Below are positions 1 through 12,799 of a stretch of 64,000 nt of DNA, piece by piece (position 1 is the first letter of the stretch; each line of letters begins with the position of its first letter). Location of the stretch: NCBI GenBank assembly GCA_016748015.1, contig JAAOMT010000639.1, positions 224,880 to 288,879 on the forward strand, given 5' to 3'. Under the pieces are notes generated by a model that was not told the DNA's origin, did no database searches, and saw only the letters and a program-made list of their open reading frames with translations. Both the position numbers and the translations under genes were made by a program. Source of the stretch: Geosiphon pyriformis uo1 (taxonomy: Eukaryota; Fungi; Glomeromycota).

Positions 1-365
1 CAAAAAGAATAAGAACAGCATTAAAAGAAATAAACATCTAATTATGTGACCACTGTTTAATCCCATGTGACTTTTAGTATTGTAATGAATGTGACCTCAT
101 CTACAATCTACCACCACACAGAATTTACACGATCCCAGAAGAGGAAAAACCAATCAGCAGCTGTGCATCAGAATTGGATTCAACTTTTAATCTTGATTCA
201 AACTCCAATAATGATGACAACAACAGTTCCAGCTCTGTTCAAAATAGCAACAGCAATAATAATGATAATTTAAATTTAAATTCAGACTCTGAACAGTACA
301 TTGCACTTTTTGATCTCTCTAAAAAGCAGGAACTCAAATAGTTTAGTGACAATAATGAAAGTATT

Positions 366-760
366 ATGCCAGAACGCATACATGATACTAATACAAGGTT
401 TGATTTGAAATATCTGAGAAAAAATCCCATCAAATTGGAACCACATTCATGTATCTGCATTGATTTCAAAGTAGCACTGGAAATCCTTGCAACAACAATG
501 GTTCAATTAGCATCTAGAAGTAGCTTAGCAAAAAAAAAAATCAGCATTAAAGAAGAAATAATTGACACCAGATATGTAGGAAATATTATTGCTATGCTAC
601 AAAATGACTTAGAAAAGGTCTATATTATAGAGCCAAATGAAAAGATAACACAGGCAATATTCCTGTCTCTGGTTAAAGTAGCTTAATTAGTATCAGTAGG
701 AAACAGAGAAAAATTAAGAATTATAGCTAGAAGGATACAGAGATTTGGATCAGAATAGAT
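366..760 (+). pseudogene. dUTPase domain of the Gypsy polyprotein (copy A)
   Basis: Decayed trimeric dUTPase motifs: DTNTRFDL (I), LASRSSLA (II), IIDTRYVGNI (III), EKITQAI (IV), and RRIQRFGS (V) after an internal stop. Confidence 0.85.
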
Positions 761-772
761 ATACCAGTTAAT

Positions 773-2578
773 ATGGCAGAAAAAAAAGTTATTAACAAAG
801 GAGAAATTATATTCACCCATCAATCAATTTTTATTCTGCCATATAACCAATATATGTTAATCATAGAAAGAAAAATGAAGAATCAGGCACAAATTTTTGA
901 AGCAGAACCAACCATTTGCAAATCAAGAGAAATTGGACTTATCAATCTCTCAGCCAAAAACAAGAACCATATCAAAATTCTCATCTACAATACAACAGAA
1001 AACATCATAAAAATACCAAAAGAAACTACCATCAGATATTTAAGCACTGAAGTTAAAAAACAGCCACCAAACTCTATTCCAGATTTTTTACAGCTTTGCA
1101 GATATGTGAATATCATATCACAAACAATTTACAGACAGAATGAATGTTATCTGCTCCAACCAAAACAATTAAAACAAATAAACATAGGAAACTTAGACCC
1201 ACTTCAATGTATACAGCTCAAGATGTTACTCAACAACTTTAATAACATTTTTGCTGGCAAAAATAAATTTGGCCATACTGACATCATCCAGCATCAAATC
1301 AAAACTGGAGATGCAATGCTAATAAAACAATGAGCATATAGAATACTACCAGCCAGCCATGAAATCATTCATCAAGAAATCAATCAGATGCTTAACAATG
1401 GGCTAATTTAGCTATCAATGAGCCCATGGTCATTACCAGTAGTACTAGTCCATAAAAAAAATGGGAAAATTTGCTTTTGTGTGGATTACAGAAAACTAAA
1501 TAAAGTAACAAAAAGAGATAGCTACTCAACTCCAAAGATCCAAGAACTGTTTGATGCTTTTGGAGGAAAGAAATGGTTTTCAACTTTGAACTTAGACAGT
1601 GGTTACTGGCAAGTAGCCATGAAATCAAAAGATAAAGAAAAAATGGCTTTTACAATATAAGAAGAGAATTTCGAATTTGAAGTAATGCCATTTGGTTTGA
1701 TGAATGCACCAGCCATCTTTCAATGACTAATAGAAATTGTTTATACCAGACTACTATGAAAATCAGTAGTTGTTTACTTAAATAACACAAATGTGTTCTC
1801 TAAGACATTCAATGATTATTTGTATTATCTCCAACAAGTGTTTGAAAGACTAAAAAAAGCTGGATTAAAATTAAATGCAACTAAGTGTTTCTTTGGAAAA
1901 ACTGAATTCAAGTTTTTGAGACATGTTGTGAGCAAAGATGGTATCAAAATAGATCCAGACAAGATTAAGATAATTAAGAACTTTCCAGTACCAACCAACT
2001 TGACAGAATTAAGAGCATTCTTGGGATTTGCCAAATACTATTGCTGCTTTATTAAAGACTTTTCTAAACTGGTCCAGTCATTATACCAGCTCCAATCAAA
2101 AAACATCAAGTATGAATAAACAGAAAACCAGCAAAAAGCTTTCGACATATTAAGAAGAAAGCTTATTCAAGCTCTAATGTTAATGTATCCAGATTACAAC
2201 AAACTATTTATCATCACCACCAATACATCAGGCCAAGCATTGGAAGCAATACTATTGCAGAGAGAACTGAATGGAAGAAAACATCCAGTAGCATATACCA
2301 GCCAAAGTTTAAGTCCAGCTGAAAAGAACTATAAAACACCAGCATTAGAATACTTAGCAATTTATTGGGCAGTCATAAAATGGAAAAAATACTTAAGCCA
2401 GAAGTTCAACATATACACTGATCATAAAAAATTGACTTCAATCCAGAAGCAAGAATTTGGAAATGATTGTTATATTCAATGGAAAATAAAACTTTCACCA
2501 TTTAAATATATTGTACACTACAAAAAAGGAAAAAAAAACAGAAATACCAACAGTTTATTATGAATAAGACAAATCTAA
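773..2578 (+). pseudogene. Reverse transcriptase + RNase H (Gypsy copy A)
   Basis: SPWSLPVVLV, FCVDYRKLN, LDSGYWQV, MPFGLMNAP; YLDD decayed to YLNN (~1774-1785); RNase H motifs PVAYTS and YTDHK; frame ends RQI-TAA at 2576-2578. Confidence 0.93.
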
Positions 2579-2608
2579 GAACATTTCAACCCAAAAATAT
2601 AACAAAAG

Positions 2609-3973
2609 ATGAATACACAAAAATATCAACAACTTGAACATTTTATAAATACTCAATGGTTCAAGAAGAAATTATCTCAAAAGAAACAAAACCATATTAA
2701 ACAACAGTCCAAATATTTTATTACTCATTAAAATATACTTTATCAGAAAAACAGAAAGAATTCAGATCAACCAACCAGAGTAATTACAGAATCAGAAAAA
2801 GAAACAATATTATTTAACATGTACTCCAATCCAACAGCAGGACATTTTCACAAAAAAGCAATCATAAAAAGAACCAGAAATAGATACTATTGGCCATTCA
2901 TATACTTAGACATCATCTAATACATGCAAAATTGTGATGCTTGTCAGAAAAGAGAAGGAACAAGACTCAGTGAACCATTAAGACCAATCAAAGTAGAACA
3001 ACCATTTGAGCATATTGAAATTGACTTAGTCAGATCATTAACAATAACTAACAAAGAAAACAGATACATTACAGTAGTTATGAATTATCTTATTAAATAG
3101 CCAGAAGCAAAAACAATTCAAAAAGCAGATGCAGAATCCATTGCCAAATTCATCCATCAAGATTTGATTTGTTGACATGGATATTTAAAAAAATTATTAT
3201 CTAACCAAGAAACTCATTTTGTAAATAGAACATTAACAGAATTGAGTTAAAAATTCAGAATAAAGAGATCATTATCATCACCATATTACCTACAAACCAA
3301 TGGATTAGTCAAAAGATTCAATAGAATATTGTGTGAAGCAATAGCCAAAATCAGCCAAAAAAACCAGAACAAATGGGATTTATTCATACCATCAGTATTA
3401 TTTGTTTATCGAATGATGAAGCAAGATACTATACAAGCAACACTATTTGAATTAGTATATGGTAAAACAGCAACATTATCAATTGAAATAGAGGTCAATA
3501 TATATCCAATAGAACCAATAACAGAAGAAAATTTCCAAGAAACATTACTGACAAGAACATATGACTTAATGAAAATATTAGAAAACAAATGGCAAAGAGC
3601 AGCTGATAACATTCAAAAATCACAAGAAAAACAAAAAAAAAGGCATGATAATCAACTACCAGATAAACCAGTTGAATTCAGGATTGGAGACAAAATATTA
3701 TTACATTGTACCAAAACAGAAAAACAGTGAAATGAAAAGTTTGATTCAAAATAAAACAGACCATTTCACATACATGAAATTTTAGGAAACAGATCTTACA
3801 AGTTATGATTAAAAAACAGAATTCTAAAAAAAACAGCACATGGAAATCATTTAAAAATTTATCAAACACAAGAATCAACATCAGTAGAATCACAACTAGG
3901 AGCACAAATTCTATTAATCAGACCAGAAAATATACCACAAGATATGGAACTAATCATAATCATCAAAATATAG
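2609..3973 (+). pseudogene. Integrase (Gypsy copy A), apparently a separate ORF with its own ATG
   Basis: ATG at 2609 after two in-frame TAA; zinc-binding part (AGHF...CDAC), rve core, decayed GPY/F region; ends TAG 3971-3973. Confidence 0.88.
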
Positions 3974-4053
3974 CTACACACATGCTGAAATTTAGATATT
4001 ACATGCATATAAGTTTTGAGACCACAAAGAAAAGAACAATAGAAATTTCAAAC

Positions 4054-4824
4054 ATGGACTTTTCAGACAAAATTTTAAAATTATCTAAACAATTATTTAA
4101 TGAAATTCAAAAATCTACATCTCAAATAAAAATTATAATCAATAAAAAAAAGATAAGATATAGAGATAAGAGAAAGAGAGAGATGAGCGAGAGTTCAATT
4201 AAAACTAATTATTCCCATCTCTACACTCTGCTCAGAAAGAAAATTTTACAAAAAGGAATTAAATATACTTTTCGAATGGAATGTGGAGAAAAAAAAGAGG
4301 AGGAAGAAGAAGGAGTGGAAAAATTAGATAGAAGACAAAAACAATTATATACAATATACTTGGCCTTTGAGCTAGAAAAAATTAAAGAATCTTTAACTTG
4401 TAGAACTAAACTCCACAAAACAGGGGAGTGGATACCAGACAATACTCAGAAGTAGAAAAAAAGGCTCTCTCCAACATATTGGTTTTACAAAATTGGGGAA
4501 CAACTAGACTTAGAAAACCCATATGGAGACTACAACCAAAAAACTTTTAACAAAGAAGCAATGTAACAAGTAGAAGAATTTATAAAAAAGAGCAATTTAA
4601 TACTACACTAAAAGGCAGCATGTCAATTATACATCACTTTCCAATATTGTCTAAACGTATTATTGAATGGATTTTTGAAAAAGATAATAGTTAACAACAT
4701 AAGATGAATGACCAATCAACAGTTCAAAGATTTACAAAAAGCCATAGTTGATATAACCATCAAACATTATACAAATGAAGTTCTATCAACAGACATAACC
4801 AACTTCATAGAAGCTCAATATTAA
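4054..4824 (+). pseudogene. ORF3: accessory protein of unknown function (~256 codons) at the env-equivalent position (copy A)
   Basis: Single frame MDFSDKIL...NFIEAQY*, broken only by transition-type stops; homologous to 41864-42499; CATATAAG at 4006-4013. Confidence 0.75.
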
Positions 4825-4840
4825 AAAAAGGAGAAAATAA

Positions 4841-5666
4841 TCTTACTTGAAGAAAGAATGCTTATCAAAAAAAGAAAAAAAATGTAACCTAAAAAAAAAC
4901 GTGACAAAATATGAAAAAACACAGAATAACATGTAATAATGTCAGATAATATGTTATAACATAGGATAATTAGTTATAATATAAGAAAATAAAGCAATAA
5001 CTAGTAAGAACAGACAATTCAAAGCAATTCTGTAAAACTAGAAAATACATATATATAGCAGTAGCATTAGAAACAGAAAAGACAAAATTGCCAGACAGAA
5101 ATTCATTAATTACTATTCCCTAATTAAAAATCATATTATTCTAAAATATCAATAAATATACTTATTCAGCATCTTAAATCCAATTGTTTACTATTAACTT
5201 TAAATGTTGATAGTAATTAATACTTAAAACACTTGGGAACAATAGCTCTTGATTACAGCTATTAACAGAATACTAACTTATATTGCCTTGGCTTATTGTT
5301 TTTATTTGTCTTTATCTCTTTATTTTTGCTTTATTTTGTTGTGTATACTAATTAATTGAGGATTAAGTACTAAGTATTGACGTCAAGAATTGCTTGATAA
5401 AAGACTCCTGTGAGTGGGTAGAACACATAAGAATTATGGATTGCTTACCAGAGGATTGCTGGCCACTACACTGAAAAAAAAATTGATAAAATTGTGATTC
5501 CAAAAAGCTATGGATAAAATAACATGGAAATCTCTGTCCATTATACAAAAAACTCCAATCAAAACCTTCAGATTGAAACACTTTCAGATATTACTAACAT
5601 CATTAATTGAGCACCAAGTTACAGGTTTGTTATTTGCTTTGAGACTCCAAATAATTACTTGTAATA
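4841..5666 (+). repeat. LTR (3' LTR of copy A; also precedes a second internal region)
   Basis: Follows PPT (aaaaaaaggagaaaataa); decayed TGTTA/TAACA ends; conserved TATA context catatatatagcagtagcattag and AATAAA; R/U5 homologous to the other LTRs. Confidence 0.85.
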
Positions 5667-7057
5667 CTGTAAGATATAATCCTACAAAAAACCAGCACCA
5701 ACACAACAATAATCCAAAAGTGACAGAACTAAAAAGAATAGGGACAAACCATTTAAGATTTACCAAATCCTTGTTTCAGCATTATTGTTAACACTTGGGA
5801 TTAACCAACAACTACCTATCAGCAGAATCAGTCTTTAATTTTTATGTTAACAAGAGAATCTCATATTTGTTAAAAATACCAGTAGAAACTAACTTCACAA
5901 AAGAAAATTTTTACAATGAACTAATTCAAAACCTAATCATAAAACCCAAAACATTTGAAAATTACTGTTGATAAATTTGTTAAAAATTTGTTAAATTAAA
6001 AACTCCAATTATTCAAAACTTGATTATTAAAACTCTGAACATTCGAAACTTACCATTAATAAATTCATTAAAAAACTCATTAAAAAATTGAAACTCCAAT
6101 TATTTAAAACCCAATTATTAAAACTTCAAACATTCAAAAATTACCATTAATAAATTTGTTAAAACTTGTTAAATTAAAAACTCTGATTATTCAAAACCTG
6201 ATCATTAAAACCCCAAACATTTGAAACTTATTATTGATAAATTTGTTAAAAACTCATTAAATTAAAACTTTAATTATTCAAGATTTGATTGTTAAAACCC
6301 CAAACATTCGAAAATTATCATTGATAAATTTGTTAAAACTCATTAAATTAAAAACTTTGATTATTTAAAACCTAATCATTAAAACTCCAAACATTCAACA
6401 CTTACTGTTAATAAAACTTGTTAAACCTCTAGCAATTTAAACTCTGGAAATTATTCAAAAACCTAAACATTCGAAGTCCAATAAATTCCAAACTCTGCTA
6501 TTATACAAGAAAACTCACCTTTAATAGCCCAATGAAACCTAATTTCTACAATACCAATAAATCAACAAAACTCATTTGATGGCCCTAAGTCAGAATATTA
6601 GAATGTAGTTACAATCTACTCTTATGTGTTATATATTTGAAAAAAAGCCAATCTGCAAAAACAAATGAAAATTGGAATCAGAACTTAATCCCAATTCAAA
6701 CTCCACTAATAATAATAATAATTTAAACTCCACTAAATAACAATAACAATTCAAACTCTGCCAACAACAAATTCAAACTCTGTTTTAAACACTAAACAAT
6801 ATATCATACTTCTAGATCTTACAATAGAACAGGAATTAACTAAATTCAATAATAATAATAAAAATATTATGTCTGAACATATACATAATACAGATGCAAG
6901 ATTTGAAATTGGATATTTTGAACAGACTACTATAATTAAAAACCCTAGTCACATATAAAATTAGAAAAAAATAGCAATAGAAATTACAACAACAACATTG
7001 ATACAAAAGAGAGATTTAGAAAATTTCACAGGAGCTTAATATTAAAGAAGAAAATAA
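5667..7057 (+). mobile_element. Internally deleted, non-autonomous Gypsy internal region
   Basis: Partial PBS/gag start (matches ~34118-34380), 87-bp tandem array, remnants of the Cys-rich/dUTPase region, then the ORF3 end (ENFTGA.Y*) and PPT. Confidence 0.75.
5924..6480 (+). repeat. ~87-bp tandem repeat, about 6 copies
   Basis: Unit starts attcaaaac at 5924, 6011, 6102, 6189, 6276, 6363, 6453; resembles the gag linker coding NLNIETPNFQ (~34880-34990). Confidence 0.85.
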
Positions 7058-7924
7058 TATTACTCATAGAATATAGAAATTAAATATCAGTACATAGATT
7101 AATCAATCAAAATAGATGTAATAAAAGTGAAATTCCAGAATTCTTCTTAGAGAAATTGCAGGATTCCAAAATTACAGAATTTTCATGAGAAATTACAGAA
7201 TTTCTGGTTAGAGAATTAAAAAATACAAGAAATTTCATATAATAAAATTTATGTATATATAATAGTAGTATCAGAAGTTAGAAAATTAGTCAAGAAAACT
7301 TCTAAAGTCAGTAGGATTCTTAGAGTCAATTAGACTTGCAAGTCATAATTATTAGAATTCCCAAGACCCCTCAGTTTAGATTGATCTAAACAACTTTTTT
7401 ATTCACAAATATCAATAAATAATTATTTACTATCTTAATCCATTCTCCACTATTAATACTTCATATTGATAGTAACTGATACTTAACTATACTGGAACAA
7501 TAGCTCTTAATCACGGCTATTGACAGGATACTAATATCTATTGCTTTGGCTTATTTTTTTATTTTTTTTTATTTTCAGTTGTTATTTTTTTTTTACTAAT
7601 TAATTAAGGATTAAAAAAAACACTGAGTTACAGATGTTATAGGGACTGGTAAAAAACTTGTAAAACAAAAATAGAGAACTCATAAATTTGAAGATAGCTT
7701 ACCAGGAGGATTACTGGCTATCATGCTAAAAAAAAAATTTGATGAAATTGCAATTCCGGGAGACTACTAAAACAACAATTAAATTTCTGTTTATTATATA
7801 AAAAACTCCATGAAAAGCCTTCAAATATAAACAATTTACAGATATTACCAATGTCAACAAGCACTTTAGCACCAAGTTACGAATTTATTATTTGATTTAA
7901 AACCCCAAATAATTATTTGTAACA
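7058..7924 (+). repeat. LTR (U3 type with aaattacagaattt repeats)
   Basis: PPT, then tattactcatag start; TATA tatgtatatat ~7250; ends tgtaaca at 7924. Confidence 0.85.
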
Positions 7925-10012
7925 ATAAGTGTATCTTAAATACATAATAATTCCTTCAATATTATCTTACTTAATAATAGTAAACTTTGTTAACAAGTAG
8001 TTAATACTATTATAACTACTAAAATACTGCAAAAAATTTTGTTTGAATGTATTGAAAGTTTGGGGCTTATTGACTAAGTTTTAATATTACAAGTTAATAG
8101 TATTTTGGAAAAAATATAAAATAGTTTAAAGTATTCTAATATTGTTTTATTCATTGGTTACAATGACTTTTGTAATATTGTTTAGTTAGACTTAAATATT
8201 GTTTTTTTTACTAATAAATTTTTCTAATTTAGTAATTAGTGTATATATTATTGGTACAAGTAGTTGTAATTGTGATTGTAGTTATTAAAAAACGGTTATT
8301 AATACAACTAAAAGATTAATCTGAATAACTAGAAATATATTTGGTTAAATAATAAAGACAAAGTGTGAATTGTTTAGGTTTTGCTAAGTTTAACTAATTA
8401 GAATTTTATGTTCAAAATTATTTAAAATTAGGCTTTGGTTATTATTTTTCTGATTATTATTCTCTTCTTCTGATTTAGTATTTGCTTAATTACTAGTGGA
8501 TTCGAAATTAGATTGAGGTGGCAGTAATTTAAGTTTTGATAATATTGTTAATTGTAATTTAAGTTTCTTAAAGTATTTGCTATATGTTTCTAATAATCAT
8601 GATTTTTTCTGATTTTTTTGAAATAGGTCTTAAATTATAAATGTTTTTGTGATTGATGATAAAACAAATCTTGATGATATATTAATAGTATTTTCAAATA
8701 TATAATAATATAATAAGTTTTGTGAAAAACTGGTGTATTGTAATAGCTTGTTATAGAAATTCCTAATGGCAATATTGCAATTTTCTTATCTTTTTAAATA
8801 GCATCTGATTTTTTTGTTAATATAAAAATTGAAAACTAATTTCACTGGCCAATAATTACTTGTCAGTCCAAAATAAGTTTGGTAATATTGGAATAAGAAT
8901 TTTATAAATCCTAAGTAATTCTTTTTATAATTTTTTGGTTTGCCACTTTTTTTAAATGATTGTTAATAGTACTTGTTTTTTATTGAATTATACTTTACAA
9001 GAAACACCAAATGTTACAGATAATTATTTAAGATGTTAAAACAAATAACAAATCTATAATTTGTATTTAATAGTTAATAATGCTTTAAATAGTTTCTGAA
9101 AATTTTTGGATTTGAAAATTTTGGTTAAGTTCTTTGTATAATAAACAGAGATTTACTTAATAGTTGTTTTTCTATATTTTTTTTTTTTAGTGTAAAGGCC
9201 AGTTTAATCTGGCAGTTGTATTCTTCTGGTAAATTATCTTTAAGTTTTTATATTTGTTTTACAGGTTTTTTACCAAACTATTCTTAATATTAATATCTTA
9301 ATGCTTAATTTTTTAATCAATTAATACATAATATAAAACAAAAAAAAATAAAAAAAATAAAAAATAAAATAAAAAATTAATATTTTATCAATAGTTATAA
9401 TTAAAAGTTATTGATCCAGTATAATTAAGTAGCAAATGCTATTAACATAAATTGTTAATTAAATTGAAGAATAATAATATTAATCTAATAAAAAAAATAA
9501 CATAAATTAAATGATAAAATAATAATTTTATTTGATATTTAGATAATTTTACTTCAAAATATAGAAAACTATCTTTTAAAAAGAGAAGTATATTATAAAT
9601 ATTTATTATTAACTAATTAAAAACTTGTTTGAATATAAATTAAGTGAATTGTTAAAATTAAATATAAAGAATTGAATAAAAATAGAATACTTTTTTTACT
9701 TCTAATACTACTGCTATATATACATAATTTCTATTAAATGAGATTTTACATATTTTTATTTTTTTTTATACTACTTTTTAAAACTATGCTTATTTTTAAG
9801 CAATATGTCATAATTTCTTAAAAATATGCTTATTTTTTTGTAAATATACATATTTTTGATAATATGTTGTGATTTTCTGAAAATGTGTTTATTTTTTGTA
9901 AATGTGCATATTTCTAAAAATATGTTCACATATTAAGTACTATTTTTTTATTGGTTTATTTTTATAATCTGTTTTTTTTGTTTTTTTCTGTATTCTTTTT
10001 TTATAAGTAATA
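7925..10012 (-). mobile_element. Decayed Gypsy fragment: 5' LTR (~10012-9012), PBS and gag N-terminus
   Basis: Reverse complement at ~9000 reads tgtaaca-tttggtgtttc (LTR end + PBS); gag-like NYLGFIKFLFQYY at ~8900; TATA context at ~9715. Confidence 0.7.
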
Positions 10013-11950
10013 TTATAATGTTTTTTTATTTTATGATGGCTATTTTCTAAAAATTTTTTTATTGTAAAAATATAAATCTAATTAATTTATTGTTTAACTA
10101 TAGACTGCAACAAATAGAATTTTTTTTTGGGTTTAATTATTAATTAGAATAATATATTGGCAGAATTTGTTACATGTTTTTTTTGTTAGAGACATTATTT
10201 TATAGTTTTTTATTTGACAAGATTTTGCTATATACAAAACATAATATGTTGTTCTATTTGTCTTATTATTTTGGTTGCTTAAATTGTTTTAATACACAAA
10301 AATAGTAATAGTATCTAATAGCAATTGGCCATATTTATTATCTCCAACACATATATTTATTGAGAATAATTTTTTTTTTACAATTAACACAGATTAATTT
10401 TAGAGATTAATATAATTAATTTCTTTAATTTAAAATTAAATAAATTAATGTTAATATTTGAAGTTTTTTGTTAGTTTTTTCTTTGTTTTTTTTCTTATGT
10501 AAGAAATAATGGTAATTTTATTCTGAAATTATCAGTCCAAAAAACTTAATAAGTTTTTAAATTTAATTAAAAATTATTCTAGAACTGTTGTTTTAAAATA
10601 TTTATACATAACAAATACTCTAATATGTTGTTTATTAAAGATAATTTGAAATTTTTGTATGTTTCAGTCAAGCATAATATGAATTTTAGTTAATCAATTA
10701 TTTTCTATAAGAGCTTAATATTAAGTGAATTTTATAATAAGTACTTTAGTTGAAATTTTAATTCTGTTAATTTTAAAAAAAAAATTGTTTTCTCTTAATA
10801 TTTTGGTATTTCTATCTATAGTAATTATTTTAGTAGTGGCTGTATAATTTATTTAGTAATCTAATTAATTTATAAGTTGTTTTATAATTATGTTGTTTAT
10901 TAATCTACTGTTAAATATTAATTTAATATTTGTTTATCCTATTTTGGTATTAGTATATATTGTTATAATCAGTTTGTTCTGATTAATAACAGTTTTATTA
11001 AAGAGATTAAAAGTGTTTAGATTGTTAATATTAAATAAAAATATAACAATAAATGTGTTATTTTTAATAATTACAGCTGGAAAAATTATATTAAAAATAG
11101 CTTAATTGTTATTAAAAAAAAATTGGTGATTTTAACTACAGTTTTCTTTTTTAAAAATATAGTATTACTATAATTCAGAATTTTTATAAAACCAAAATAT
11201 AAGACTTGATTTGAATATTTTGTTAAAATTGCTTGGAATAATAGATTATTATAATTTATAGTTCATGATAATATTGTAATAAATTGAGTTTGATTTTTAT
11301 TATTGCTTTATTATTTTTAATTATAATTAATAGTCTAAAGTCTTGGATTGTTATATTGTAAAACTTAATACTAAAGGTGAGTATTAGAATTGTTAATATA
11401 AAAATAAAAAGTATTAGAATTTTGTAAATAGTGAATATTTATATTGTTATTAATATTGGTTTTTATAATTCTGATTTAATAGTTTCTTGTGACAATTTTT
11501 TACAATATAATCAGATTTTTAATAATAATAACAATTACAAAGATTTTGTTTTTAAAATTGTTATTATTAGTATTTATTAATATTTTCTCTGTATTGGAAT
11601 AACTGATAAGTTCCTGAATTTTTAGCAAAAAATTTTTCAATTTTTTACTTAATTAAGTAAGCTTTATATTAATATCTGAAATTTTGTTTATAATTAGTTT
11701 TTTGTTTTACTAATTTAAAATTACAAACAAGTATTACTGTTTTTTGTAAGTTACTAAGATGTTAAAATTTAATAGATTAAAAGATACTGCTTTTTAGTTC
11801 TTTGATAAATTGGTTAAAAATTTAACTAAAAGTGTAATAATATCTTTTAATTATCTAAATTTAGCAAAAAATTTGATTAAATTTTCTAAAATAAATAGTT
11901 ATAGCTTTGTAATCTTTCTGTTTTATTATATTAAATTGATTTTGTAATTT
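10013..11950 (-). mobile_element. Highly decayed Gypsy gag/protease remnant
   Basis: Patchy similarity to the protease region of 36327-36821 (around 10800-10850); boundaries approximate. Confidence 0.4.
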
Positions 11951-11956
11951 GATAAG

Positions 11957-12790
11957 TGTTATTACTTATACAAAATAGAAATAATAATAATTAAATAAAG
12001 TAAATAAAAAATAAATATAGTAAAAAGAGAAATTCTAAAATTTTTTTTAGGATTTCTAAATTCCAGAAATTTATTTAACAAGAATTACAAGATTGCAGAA
12101 TTTCAAAAAAACTTACAAAAAATTGAAGAATTTCAAAAAATCTTATATAATAAGAATTATGTATATATAGCAATAAAATTAAAAGTGAAAAAAAACAGAC
12201 TAGTTTTTAAAAATAAGTAGTTATATACAAGTTTTTCCTAATTTTTTCTTTAAAAATTAGTTTTTATTACTTGAAATAAAATTTTATTTATATTAAACAT
12301 TATTTACTATAAAATTTATGTTATTATTATCATTGATTTGAAATATTTATTACTTTTACTTCATTAACAACTTATGCTAATAATTGTTAATATTTAATTA
12401 TATTAAAACAATAATTTTTGATCATGACTATTAATAGAATTTTAATTTTTTATTTTAATTTTTTATTTTTTTGTTATTTTTTTTCTTTTGTTTTCTTTGT
12501 TGTTTACTATTAATTAAAAAATTAAGTGTTAAAATATTGATATTAAGAATAGTTTAGTAAAAAATTTGTGAAACAAGGATAACAAACTTAAAAAAAAGAA
12601 TAATTTATTAAAAAAACACAACTGCCAAATTAAACTAATTTTTATGTTAAAGAAAAAAATTCAAGAAAAAACCACTAATAGAATCTTTGTTTATTATACA
12701 AAAACTCAATTAAAATTTTCAATCAGAAGCCTTTTAGAATTTATTAATATAATTAGCTATTAAGCACTAAGTTACAAGTTTGTTATTTAT
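11957..12790 (+). repeat. Decayed solo-type LTR
   Basis: gaattt/aaattc U3 repeats like those of the 7058 LTR; aattatgtatatatagc TATA context at ~12156; U5 motif gcactaagttacaagtttgttattt. Confidence 0.65.
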
Positions 12791-12799
12791 AATAGCATA

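Larger units (their letters stand above)
1..5666 (+). mobile_element. Ty3/Gypsy LTR retrotransposon copy A (5' part outside window), inactivated by point mutations
   Basis: Collinear Cys-rich, dUTPase, RT, RNase H, integrase, ORF3, PPT and LTR segments, homologous to the copy at 33232-43395. Confidence 0.95.

Noticed and set aside
3805-4053. N-terminal part of the 216-aa track ORF
   Set aside because: Overlaps the integrase tail in another frame; homology to copy D starts only at ATG 4054.
5924-6480. Repeat-spacer array or DGR template near an RT
   Set aside because: Whole units repeat with transition-type differences; the RT is Gypsy-type and there is no adenine-specific variation.
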